64,000 nucleotides of DNA from Alphaproteobacteria bacterium (GTDB taxonomy: Bacteria; Pseudomonadota; Alphaproteobacteria; CALKHQ01): positions 352,001 through 416,000 of the forward strand of contig CBDDFZ010000001.1 of assembly GCA_965227515.1 (NCBI GenBank), read 5' to 3'. Below the pieces are notes generated by a model. It was given only the letters and a program-made list of their open reading frames with translations. It was not told the origin of the DNA and did not search any database. Positions 44,786-54,266 of this stretch are shown here, one piece after another. Position 1 is the first letter of the stretch; each line of letters opens with the position of its first letter. Made by a program: the position numbers and the translations under genes.

Positions 44786-44908
44786 CTAGAGCCGATAGAA
44801 GCGCCGGGCGGTATCGGCCAGCACGTGAGCGCGCCTGGCATACGTCAGCGCCGCCAGCAGCTCGTCGCTCACCGCGACACAGCAGTTGTAGTCGACGGCG
44901 AGCTTCCT
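44786..44908 (-). pseudogene. 3' remnant of an amidohydrolase_2-like gene
   Basis: Minus-strand frame reads RKLAVDYNCCVAVSDELLAALTYARRAHVLADTARRFYRL*; the 'TA.RFY.L*' ending is typical of amidohydrolase C-termini; GC-rich codons stop abruptly at AT-rich DNA. Confidence 0.55.
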
Positions 44909-44929
44909 CTAATTGACTTAAAAAGAAAT

Positions 44930-45907
44930 CTAATCCCTTATTGCCTTAAAGGGTTTTTTGTCTAGGATAATTCTAACTTCGTTTAGATCATCTAATGCCT
45001 TTGGATCAAGAGCCAGAAGATGATATAGATCTTCAAATGCGCTGTGCCCACATTGGTCCTTGATTTTTTCCACAAATTTCTCCGACGAGGTTGTTTTTTC
45101 GATAAGATCAATTACGCGCTCCGCCGCTATTCCATATTTAACTTTCACATAGTCGACGAAATTGTTTTCGCGAAGATCATGTATCTTTCTGATATGCTGT
45201 AGTCTTTCTTCTTCTTGTTCTATTAGTTTCGTGGAATCCTGTGGCGATACGGCCCTCACAATTGTTTCAAGATATGATTTCAATGTTCCATTTATTGATT
45301 TGAGATCGTCAATTTGAGTAGCGAGGGCCTCCAACTGCACGCGATTCGATTCTCGACTCAAAAAATCTCTGAATAGCCCAGCCCACTGCTCCCTCAGCCA
45401 GCCTTCAATTTCCCTGACATTATCAAAAGGATGGACTGGATTATTGCGAGGCCGATTCAATATATCTTCAATTAGTCGAAAAATGTTAATTGAGTCCACG
45501 TGTGCATACTCAATACCTAAATTGTCTCTGTTTCGCAGAAATGTTCTGTATTCCGCATAAACATTTTGCTCAATTAGAATGTAAGTTGCCACATCTCTTT
45601 TTACCGCTTGGTCAAACTCCTTTTTTGTAATACTATCATAACGCTCAAAAAATGTGGGTTTTGGCTGAGGATCCTCCGAACTTGCAGCACTCCCATATCT
45701 ACCTCCAATAATCAATACATATATGTCTACATTATCTACTTCTCTATAGCAAGATTCATCGAGCGGCAAATCGGGAGAGTATGCAATGTCACCTTTTTCA
45801 GACAACACTGGCTCAAAGCCCAAAGATTCTATAAAGTTATCAAGTGAAGACCTAAGATACTTTAGATCATAGTAAGTTGAACTTATAAATACACGCGGCT
45901 TTGGCAT
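44930..45907 (-). CDS. DUF4062 domain protein, AT-rich, probably horizontally acquired
   Basis: '[11 protein letters not shown]...R', '[11 protein letters not shown]' and 'SITKKE' DUF4062 signature; coiled-coil C-half. Confidence 0.85.
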   Translation of the reverse strand: MPKPRVFISSTYYDLKYLRSSLDNFIESLGFEPVLSEKGDIAYSPDLPLDESCYREVDNVDIYVLIIGGRYGSAASSEDPQPKPTFFERYDSITKKEFDQAVKRDVATYILIEQNVYAEYRTFLRNRDNLGIEYAHVDSINIFRLIEDILNRPRNNPVHPFDNVREIEGWLREQWAGLFRDFLSRESNRVQLEALATQIDDLKSINGTLKSYLETIVRAVSPQDSTKLIEQEEERLQHIRKIHDLRENNFVDYVKVKYGIAAERVIDLIEKTTSSEKFVEKIKDQCGHSAFEDLYHLLALDPKALDDLNEVRIILDKKPFKAIRD

Positions 45908-46073
45908 ATTCAGCCCCGATGACTTTAATCAAGCTTGTTTTCGAATTCTGGCCATCTGAATTCAAAGACATTTATCTAAGGGCAATAGATCAGCGTTGTC
46001 AAACTATTATTACAGAATTTGAACACGGAATAGACATTCGATTCTCGAGTTTGTGGGCGTCATCCTGTCGCAA

Positions 46074-46843
<770 letters not shown>

Positions 46844-46847
<4 letters not shown>

Positions 46848-48043
46848 CTGCTCCTCCGCTGGAATGCCATGTCAGCGACGACCGCCGAGACCAGGACGAC
46901 GGCGATCACCATCTTCTGCTTCGGCGAGTCGATGTTCAGCATCACCATCCCGCTCTCCAGGCTCTGGATGAACAGCGCGCCCAGCACCGCGCCGAAGATG
47001 GTGCCCACACCGCCGGCCAGCGACGTGCCGCCGACCACGGCCGCCGCGATCACCTGCAACTCGGTCATGGTGCCGGTGGCATTGGTGGCCGCGTTCAGGC
47101 GGGCGGTGATAACGATGGCGGCCAGTCCCGCCAGGAAGCCCATCAAGGTGAAGGTGTGGACCACGACACGGCGGGTGTTGATGCCGACCAGCTCGGCGGA
47201 ATCCGGGTTGCCGCCGATGGCGTAGATATAGCGGCCGAACTTGGTGCGCGCGGCCACGAACCCCATCGCCACCGCGACGCCGAGCAGGATCAGCACCGGC
47301 ACGGCGATGCCCATCGGCTCCTCCGACCCCGGCCGGTTGTAACTGTTCATGATCATAACGAAGCCCAGCACCACCACCGACCAGAACACGATCATCGCCG
47401 CTTCCATTTGCGGCGGGCGCACCGGGAAGCCGTAGCGCACGCGCTTGCGGCGGGTATTCAGCATGCCGAGCGAGATCGCGACCACGCCGACGACACCGAC
47501 GATCCAGCTCCAGGTCTCGCCGATGGTACCGAACAGGCCGCCGCCCAGGATCTGGAAGGTCTCGTCCAGCGGCGCGACGGTCACGCCCTGGGTCACCACA
47601 TAGGCGGCGTTGCGATAGAACATCAGCCCGGCCAGGGTGACGATCAGCGCCGGCACCCTGAGGTAGGCGACGATCAGGCCGTTGACCAGGCCCAGCAGGG
47701 CACCGCCGGCCAGCATCGCGACAACCGTGACCCACCAGGCATTGGGATCGTCCAGCCCCAGACCGCGGAGCTGGAGCACCGCGCCGCAGACACCGATGAA
47801 GCCGAGCAGCGACCCGACCGAGATGTCGATGTTGCGGGTCACGATCACCAGCACCATGCCGGTGGCCATGATGCCGACGGTGGCGAACTGAACCGACAGG
47901 TTGAAGAGGTTGCGCGCGGTCAGGAAGTTGAAGTCGGTGCCGATGTGGAGGCCGATCCACACCACCGTCATGATGACGATCAGCGCAAGCAGGCGCGGCG
48001 CGATGCCGGTGGCCAACGCGATCTGGCGCATCTGGTCACGCAT
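46844..48043 (-). CDS. Sugar ABC transporter permease (XylH-like)
   Basis: [20 protein letters not shown] and [14 protein letters not shown]. Confidence 0.92.
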
Positions 48044-48136
48044 TGTGAGGCTTCACTCGCAAGCAAGCGGCAACCGCCGACACGCAGCCGGCGGTTGCCT
48101 CAGGTCAAGACGATGAACTGTCGGCTGCTGGCCCTG

Positions 48137-49177
48137 CTATTGGCACTGGGCCGGCGGGTTCTCGGTCACGCCCTGGCACAGGTCCTCGACGCTGATCCAT
48201 CCGGTATCGACGACGAGGTCCAGGTTGTCGCGGGTGATCGCGATCGGCTCCAGCAGGATCGCCTGCTGCGCCTGGCCAGACGGCGTCTCGTAGTCGACGG
48301 CGCCCTCGAGGTCGGCCATCGCGGTGCCCTCGCCCAGCGCGATGGCGGCTGCCGCGGCGGTCTGGCCCAGAGAGTACGAGTTCTTCCACACCGAGACCGT
48401 CTGGTCGCCGCGGGCGATGCGGTTCAGTGCCGCGATGTCGCCGTCCTGACCCGACAGCGCGATGCCGTGCATGCCCTGGCCGGCCAGCGCGGCGGCGGCA
48501 CCGCCGGCCATGCCGTCGTTCATCGACAGCACCGCATCGATCTCGTTATTGGTCATGGTCAGGATCTGCTCCATGGCCGTCTGCGCCACATCGGGCTTCC
48601 AGTTCTCGATGAATTGCTCGGCCACGACCTCGATGGCACCGCTGTCGATCAGCGGCTGGACGGCCTGCATCTGGCCTTCCTTGAACAGGTTCACGATCGA
48701 CATCGACGGATCGCCGTTGAGGATCGCCCAGTTGCCGGACGGCTGCGCCTGAACCAGCGCCTCGCCCATCAGGCGCCCGACCGCGATGTTGTCGAAGCTG
48801 ACGAAAAGGATGTCGGTCATGTCGACCGGCACGTCATAGGCGATGACAGGTATGCCGGCGGCTTGCGCCATCTGGATGGCCGGCACCACGGCGAAGCTGT
48901 CCTGCGCCAGTACGATCAGCACGTCCGCACCGCCGGTGATCAGGCCCTCGATATCGGTGATCTGCTTCTGCGGGTCGGCCTGGGCGTCAGCGCTTACATA
49001 TTCCCACCCGGTGCCTTCCAGCACATCCAGGATGCCGGCCTCGTCGATCCGCCAGCGTTCTTCCTGAAAATGGCGCCAGCTGACGCCAACGATCTGGTCC
49101 TGGGCGACGGCCGCCGTACTCGTTCCCACGACGGCGCCAGCCAGCGCCGCCACGACTGCACAACGATAGGCGTTCAT
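48137..49177 (-). CDS. Sugar ABC transporter substrate-binding protein (XylF-like)
   Basis: Signal peptide; VSW..FQEERW..D, SFDN, NDGMAGG, SGQD and TVSVWK. Confidence 0.9.
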   Translation of the reverse strand: MNAYRCAVVAALAGAVVGTSTAAVAQDQIVGVSWRHFQEERWRIDEAGILDVLEGTGWEYVSADAQADPQKQITDIEGLITGGADVLIVLAQDSFAVVPAIQMAQAAGIPVIAYDVPVDMTDILFVSFDNIAVGRLMGEALVQAQPSGNWAILNGDPSMSIVNLFKEGQMQAVQPLIDSGAIEVVAEQFIENWKPDVAQTAMEQILTMTNNEIDAVLSMNDGMAGGAAAALAGQGMHGIALSGQDGDIAALNRIARGDQTVSVWKNSYSLGQTAAAAAIALGEGTAMADLEGAVDYETPSGQAQQAILLEPIAITRDNLDLVVDTGWISVEDLCQGVTENPPAQCQ

Positions 49178-49377
49178 GGGTCCAACTCCCTCCCGGTAAG
49201 TTTTTGCAGGACTTTTCTTGTGTCCTCGCCCCATGAGTATACGGCGATTCCAGGCCCACGCAATTGCCCACCTTGCGGCCCACCTGTGCTGTACCGCCTC
49301 GCCCAGCCGTAGACTCGACGTTTAGTTGCATTAGTTTAGGCGAAAACTTTCGCCCCGCCGCAGCCTGCCAGCAGGCG

Positions 49378-49749
49378 CTAACCCACGTCCTTCCACACGC
49401 CATTGGTGTCGCGGCAGGCGGTATCGGATTCACTGCGCGTACCGCTGTCCTCCACGAACGTCACTGTGTAGTCGCGGCAGAACAGGCCCGACTGGGTTTG
49501 GTAGGTGCGCACCGGCAACACAGTCCCCTGGTGCCCGGTTGCCGCATCCTGCCAAGATTCCGCCACCCCGCTCGGATTGCCCTCCAGCGCAATCTGGATC
49601 GCGGTGCGAACGACACCGCTGCGCGCGGGTCCGTTGCCGCTGCCGCCGCTATTCAGCGACAGGCACCCGCCCAACAGCATCGCCGTCAGGCAGGCGATTG
49701 TCGTACGCCGATACGCCGACGCGCGCACGGAAACGCTATTGCCAGCCAT
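49378..49749 (-). CDS. Lipoprotein with 17-kDa surface-antigen-like (RT0821/Lpp0805-type) domain
   Basis: Lipobox LGG-C; 'ALE...W......G...PVRTYQ...G.FCRDY...TACR...G.W'; overlaps the upstream Hint gene by 14 nt. Confidence 0.75.
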   Translation of the reverse strand: MAGNSVSVRASAYRRTTIACLTAMLLGGCLSLNSGGSGNGPARSGVVRTAIQIALEGNPSGVAESWQDAATGHQGTVLPVRTYQTQSGLFCRDYTVTFVEDSGTRSESDTACRDTNGVWKDVG

Positions 49750-50752
49750 TTTCGATCAGCTCCTGCTCCTCGGACGCGGTCAAATCGTCCCCAACCTGAC
49801 GAAGGTCCTCCGGATCGGGCGCCTGCCCATCGAAATAATCGAAGGAACCGCCGCTTTGGCCGGATTGGCCGCTGAAACCGCTTTCACCCGAGCCGCCGCT
49901 GCCGCCTGAACTGCCGCTGCCGCCAGAGCCGCCGGACCCACCACTGCCGCCGGAGCCGCCAGACTCGCCGCCACCCGAGCCCGAACCGCCGGAATGGCCA
50001 TCGTCGTCATCATCGTCGTCGTCGTCATCGCCGCCGCCGGAGCCGGAGTTGCCGCCACCGCCGGGACCGGAATTGCTGCCGCCGCCGTCATCGTCGTCGT
50101 CGTCATCGCCACCCTTGTTGTGCACCAGGTAGCCGTCCGCGAAATACGTATGGTCGCCGGCCAGGAGCAGGTTGAAGACCTCCAGCTCGGGATCGGCGTC
50201 GTGCGCGTCGATGGACACCACCGTCTCGTGGTCCATTTCGACCACCGGTCGCGGCGCCAGGGCGGTCGCCCCTTCGCTAAGGCTCGCCATCTCCACCCGG
50301 CCGCGCGCCAGCCGGTCGCCGGGGGCCAGCGTTGACACCGCCATCGACGCAACCATGCCGGGGGCCTCGCGCCGCGTCGCCATGGCGTCGATCGCTTTCC
50401 AGCCGTTGGCGGTCATGAACGGGTGTTCGTCGGTCACGAACGGACGACCGCCGTTGAAGCCGTAAAGCTTGCGGCTGCCGAGCCGGGGCCGCTCGATGCC
50501 GATCACACGGTTGGCCCGGCCGCCGCGCCCCATTACCAGCATGCCGACGGCGACTTGCGCGATCGGCAGGCTGCGGCCGTTGGCCAGCAGTACCTCGGTC
50601 TCGCCAGTGAAGCACGACGACGCGTGGGCCGCGTTCAGAATGCCGTCGTCCGTGCCGGTGGGCAGGGTGACCGGCGCCGTGGCCATGGTCAGCGCCACCA
50701 GGCTTGTGGTCGCCAGCAGGCGTGCGTTACGGCGGAATGAGTTCCTTGGCAT
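49736..50752 (-). CDS. Exported Hint-domain (intein-like) precursor with Gly/Ser/Asp-rich C-terminal tail, 338 aa
   Basis: RBS GGGAGG; signal-like leader ending AHA; Hint block A CFTGET (Cys47), block B VTDEHPF, block F VFNL...DHTYFADG, block G LVHN (Asn212). Confidence 0.85.
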   Translation of the reverse strand: MPRNSFRRNARLLATTSLVALTMATAPVTLPTGTDDGILNAAHASSCFTGETEVLLANGRSLPIAQVAVGMLVMGRGGRANRVIGIERPRLGSRKLYGFNGGRPFVTDEHPFMTANGWKAIDAMATRREAPGMVASMAVSTLAPGDRLARGRVEMASLSEGATALAPRPVVEMDHETVVSIDAHDADPELEVFNLLLAGDHTYFADGYLVHNKGGDDDDDDDGGGSNSGPGGGGNSGSGGGDDDDDDDDDDGHSGGSGSGGGESGGSGGSGGSGGSGGSGSSGGSGGSGESGFSGQSGQSGGSFDYFDGQAPDPEDLRQVGDDLTASEEQELIENGWQ

Positions 50753-50806
50753 CTCCAACCTCCCGATCGTCAGCCATGCCGCGGTTATGCCCCGCGGGAA
50801 CAATGC

Positions 50807-50841
50807 CGATAACGGCGCGACGCGGCTTTCCATCCGCACAT
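50807..50841 (-). promoter_or_regulatory. Putative ECF-type promoter facing the Hint gene
   Basis: Minus strand ATGTGCGGATGGAA-N11-GCCGTTATCG, twin of the motif at 50854-50888. Confidence 0.55.
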
Positions 50842-50853
50842 GAAACAAGATTA

Positions 50854-50888
50854 ATGTGGCGAAGGAATATGTGCCTGGGCCGTTATCG
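50854..50888 (+). promoter_or_regulatory. Putative ECF-type (autoregulatory) promoter facing the sigma gene
   Basis: ATGTGGCGAAGGAA-N11-GCCGTTATCG with CGTT -10-like element. Confidence 0.55.
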
Positions 50889-50926
50889 CATGTGGACAGG
50901 GACAAACATGGCCGAGCCAGCCACGC

Positions 50927-51472
50927 ATGGATGAACTCAGCGGTCGACGCATGATCGAGATGCTGCCACGACTGCGGCGCTTCGCCTATGGCCTGTGCGG
51001 CGATCCGCATGACGCCGACGACCTGGTGCAGCACACATGCCAGCGGGCCATCGACCGGTTCGACAACTGGCGGCCCGGCACCAGCCTGGAAAACTGGATG
51101 TTCGCCATAGCGCGCAATGCCTACCTGGACCTGTACCGCAGCCGACAGGTGCGGGCCGACCATGCCGCCGCCGTGCGCGCCACGACGGACGGCAGCCTGG
51201 ATGGCGAAGGGCGCGCGGAGCATGGCGTGATGATCGGCGAGATTGTGCCGTTGCTTGGCCGGATGCCGGAGGATCAGCGCACTGCCCTGCTGCTGGCCCT
51301 GGTGGAGGGCCTGAGCTACCAGGAAATCGCCGATATCCAGCAGGTCCCGGTCGGCACCGTGACCAGCCGCATCGGCCGTGCCCGTCAGACCCTGCAGCAG
51401 GCCCTGTCCAGCGAGGCCGGTACGCCGCATCAGCGAGAAGGAGGTGAGTTCGATGTCGCACGCCGTCAGTGA
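50927..51472 (+). CDS. ECF RNA polymerase sigma factor
   Basis: LPRLRRFA..L.G...DADDLVQ, WMFAIARN and GLSYQEIA....VPVGTVTSRIGRAR. Confidence 0.93.
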   Translation: MDELSGRRMIEMLPRLRRFAYGLCGDPHDADDLVQHTCQRAIDRFDNWRPGTSLENWMFAIARNAYLDLYRSRQVRADHAAAVRATTDGSLDGEGRAEHGVMIGEIVPLLGRMPEDQRTALLLALVEGLSYQEIADIQQVPVGTVTSRIGRARQTLQQALSSEAGTPHQREGGEFDVARRQ

Positions 51473-52106
51473 CGCGACCCTGATCGCCTACCATCATAAC
51501 CGCCTGTCCGAGCGCGAGGCCAGGGACGTTGCGGCAACCCTGAAGGCGGATCGCGAGGCCGCGGTGCGCCATGCCGCGCTGGTGACCGAGATCTCCCTGC
51601 TTGGCGTCGCGGTCGGCCGCATCGACCGCCTGCCCGCGCCGCCCGAGGCCGAGGACATGATCAGAGCGGCCACCACAAGCGGACCGCGCCGGTCCAACCG
51701 TGGCGCGGCCTGGCTCAGCCGCGGCGCTGCGTTCCAGGCGCTGGCGGCGTCGCTGTTGCTCGCCATCGGTGTTGCCGCCGGCTTCGCGGTGGCCGAATGG
51801 CGCCACGCCCGCGATGCCGAGAGCCAACGTATCGCCGCCCAAGACCTGGAGCAGGCCCGCGCCCACAGCCGGCAGACCGCGCTGAACATGCTGGCCAGCG
51901 GCAACTCCTACCTGCTCGCCGCCGACGACCGGAGCTGGACGGTCGAGGTGATGCCGGTGCGTACGTTCCAGAACGCAAACGGCGCGTTCTGCCGCGAATA
52001 TCGGGAGACCTGGCAGCTCGGCGCCACGGTAGGTGAGAGCTACCGCATCGCCTGCCGCGACGAGGTCGGCAACTGGCAAGCGGTTGCAACGCTGCAAACG
52101 AGCTGA
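51453..52106 (+). CDS. Membrane-anchored anti-sigma factor with C-terminal surface-antigen-like domain
   Basis: RBS AAGGAGG; N-terminal 'L.AY....L' anti-sigma domain; TM 'ALAASLLLAIGVAAGF'; C-terminal PVRTFQ..NG.FCREY...ACRD..G.W. Confidence 0.8.
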   Translation: MSHAVSDATLIAYHHNRLSEREARDVAATLKADREAAVRHAALVTEISLLGVAVGRIDRLPAPPEAEDMIRAATTSGPRRSNRGAAWLSRGAAFQALAASLLLAIGVAAGFAVAEWRHARDAESQRIAAQDLEQARAHSRQTALNMLASGNSYLLAADDRSWTVEVMPVRTFQNANGAFCREYRETWQLGATVGESYRIACRDEVGNWQAVATLQTS

Positions 52107-52119
52107 TGGCCGAGGGGCG

Positions 52120-53058
52120 GTGCACGTGATCAACGGCAAGGCGCTCGCGGACCAGCGCACGGCGGAAGGCGCCGATCCGCCCGTTATCGACATGCGCGAC
52201 AAAGGCATCGGTGATCTGGTGGTCACCTGCTGGCTCGCCCACAGTGCGGCCGCTGTCGGCCGCGAGCTGCGCATCAACCCGCGTGGACTGGACACGGTGT
52301 GCCATCTGCTCAGTGTCACCGCACCGGTGCTGACCACGGCGGACGCCGACAACTGGGCCAAGACCGACGGCATCGGTCACCGCTTCGAGTACGCGCAGGT
52401 GGCGCAGGGCCGCCCGATGACCCGCTTCGGCGCCTGGGCGCAGTCGCTCGGCCTGCCGGGCCTGCAGCCGGTACGACCGCGCTACAGCGAGGCCACCGAC
52501 GAGGCCGACTGGGCGGAGGAGGCATGGGCGGCCTCGGCCGAGCCGGGCCAGTTGCGGGTCGCCATGTTCCCGGAGGTGGCGTGGCTGATACGGCGCTGGC
52601 CGCCGGCCTATTTCATCGACCTCGCCGACATGCTGAAGGCCAAGGGCGCGGCGATTGTGATGGTCGGGGCAACCAAGGACATGGTCAGCCAGATGGGCAG
52701 CCGCTGGTATGCCGCCTTCCCGCTGCCCCGGACGGCCGCGTTGATGGCCCGCGCCGATATCGTGATCGGCAACGATTCCGGGCCGGCCCATCTGGCCGGC
52801 ACCATCGGCACGCCGACCTTCGTTGCCGCCGGCCCCACCGACGGCGACCTGGTGTTCGCCCATGACGACAATGTGCGCTGCGTCGGCCTGCCGCCGGGAA
52901 GGCTCGCCTGCCACCCCTGCCACTACGCGGTCGCGCGCGGCTATCGCGACGCCTGCAAGGTCGGCGGCTGCCAGGCGCTGATGACGCTGACCCCCGACGC
53001 GGTGTTCGACTGGCTATGGCCGCAAGTGAAGTCTGCGTCGGTACGCAAGGACAGGTGA
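52120..53058 (+). CDS. Glycosyltransferase family 9 (heptosyltransferase-like)
   Basis: GIGDLV, RRWP...F, 'IGNDSGPAHLAG..GTPT...GPT' and C-terminal CHPC...C...C; GTG start inferred. Confidence 0.82.
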   Translation: MHVINGKALADQRTAEGADPPVIDMRDKGIGDLVVTCWLAHSAAAVGRELRINPRGLDTVCHLLSVTAPVLTTADADNWAKTDGIGHRFEYAQVAQGRPMTRFGAWAQSLGLPGLQPVRPRYSEATDEADWAEEAWAASAEPGQLRVAMFPEVAWLIRRWPPAYFIDLADMLKAKGAAIVMVGATKDMVSQMGSRWYAAFPLPRTAALMARADIVIGNDSGPAHLAGTIGTPTFVAAGPTDGDLVFAHDDNVRCVGLPPGRLACHPCHYAVARGYRDACKVGGCQALMTLTPDAVFDWLWPQVKSASVRKDR

Positions 53059-53146
53059 TCCGCGCCGTCGTACTAAACTCTGGCAGCACGGTATCCGACG
53101 TCTACATGGACAACAGCTGTTGTATAGTGGCGTCAGCAACACCCTA

Positions 53147-54194
53147 GAGCGGGATCGTTTTATGCGGAAGCGTATCCTGCATTGACGATGTAGTTGTTGC
53201 ATTCGTGTGGCTGGAACGCGTCGAGTAGTTTTCCGATACGCCGCCATGTGTCGTCGATGGTGCGCTCTGCGGCGCGCCTGAGCAGGTGCTTGAGCTTGGC
53301 GAACACCTGCTCGATGGGATTGAGGTCGGGGCTGTAGGGCGGCAGGAAGAGCAGCCTTGCGCCGGCTTGGCGCAGGGCGGCCCGTACGGCCTTGCCCTTG
53401 TGGCTGCCCAGGTTGTCCATGATGACGATGTCGCCGGGTTTGAGCGTCGGCACCAGGATTTGCTCGACATAGGCGAGGAAGGCCTGACCGTTAATCGGGC
53501 CGTCGAAGACGCACGGTGCGGTGAGCTGGTCGCAGCGCAGAGCAGCGAGGAAGGTCAGGGTGCGCCAGCGGCCGTGCGGTGCCTTGCCGACGAGGCGCCG
53601 GCCGCGCCGGCTCCAGCCCCGCAACGGCGCCATGTTGGTCTTGGCCCAGGTCTCGTCAATGAAGACCAGGCGGGCGGGATCAAGTTTCGCCTGATGACGC
53701 TTCCAGCGCGCGCGGCGCCGCGCCACGTCGGGACGATCCTGCTCGCTGGCGAACGCGGTTTTTTTTGAAGCTCAATCCCTCGGCATGCACAAAGCGCCAG
53801 ATCGCGCCGTAGCTCACCCGGATGCCGCGATCGGCCAACTCGCGCTGCAAGGAGCGCAAGGGAAGGTGCGGCTCGGCAGCCAAACGAGCCTGCACGAAGT
53901 CGCGATGCGGCGCCAATATGATCCGCTTGTGGCCACCGACCTTGCCCGGCGCAACGCTCCCGGTGCGCCGATATCGCTGCGACCACTTCACAACCGCAGA
54001 CACGCTCACATCGAACGCGGATGCCACAGAGCGAACCGTCTCACCGGCCATCACCCGGGCAACAGCACGCTCACGAAGATCATTCGAATAGGGTCGACCC
54101 ATCGCGCCAGCCTCCTCTCAAGACCAACACGTTGAATCAGATTGCCACCCGAGTCGGGAATCCCCTTTCGATTCTTCCAAAAAAGACCCCGCTC
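53147..54194 (-). mobile_element. IS630-family insertion sequence (TA duplication)
   Basis: CTA|GAGCGGG ... CCCGCTC|TAG inverted ends; two-ORF transposase. Confidence 0.9.
53160..54102 (-). CDS. IS630 transposase (HTH ORF 53680-54102 plus DDE ORF, joined by a frameshift at an A8 run)
   Basis: YSNDLRER HTH; FIDET, MDNL..HK and LPPYSPDLNPIE; T8 at 53759-53766 on + strand. Confidence 0.9.
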
Positions 54195-54266
54195 TAGCAT
54201 GACGACCGCTAAGCAGCTCACGCCGCGCAAAAATAATTTGCGTATGGCGTTACGAGAAGACCTAGA

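Noticed and set aside
49890-50110. Tandem DNA repeat / contingency locus
   Set aside because: The repetition is codon-level (Gly/Ser/Asp) with synonymous variation, so it is a protein low-complexity region.
49736-50116. Polymorphic toxin C-terminal domain
   Set aside because: The tail is mostly Gly/Ser/Asp low-complexity with no visible nuclease, deaminase or pore motif. A toxic role for the short tip cannot be fully excluded.
50117-50614. Canonical intein in a housekeeping gene
   Set aside because: There is no host protein on either side, no homing endonuclease, and the +1 residue is Lys rather than Cys/Ser/Thr.
50753-51430. 226-aa N-terminal extension of the Hint ORF as given in the ORF track (564 aa)
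   Set aside because: It is antisense to the ECF sigma gene. A strong RBS and signal-like leader support the start at 50752.
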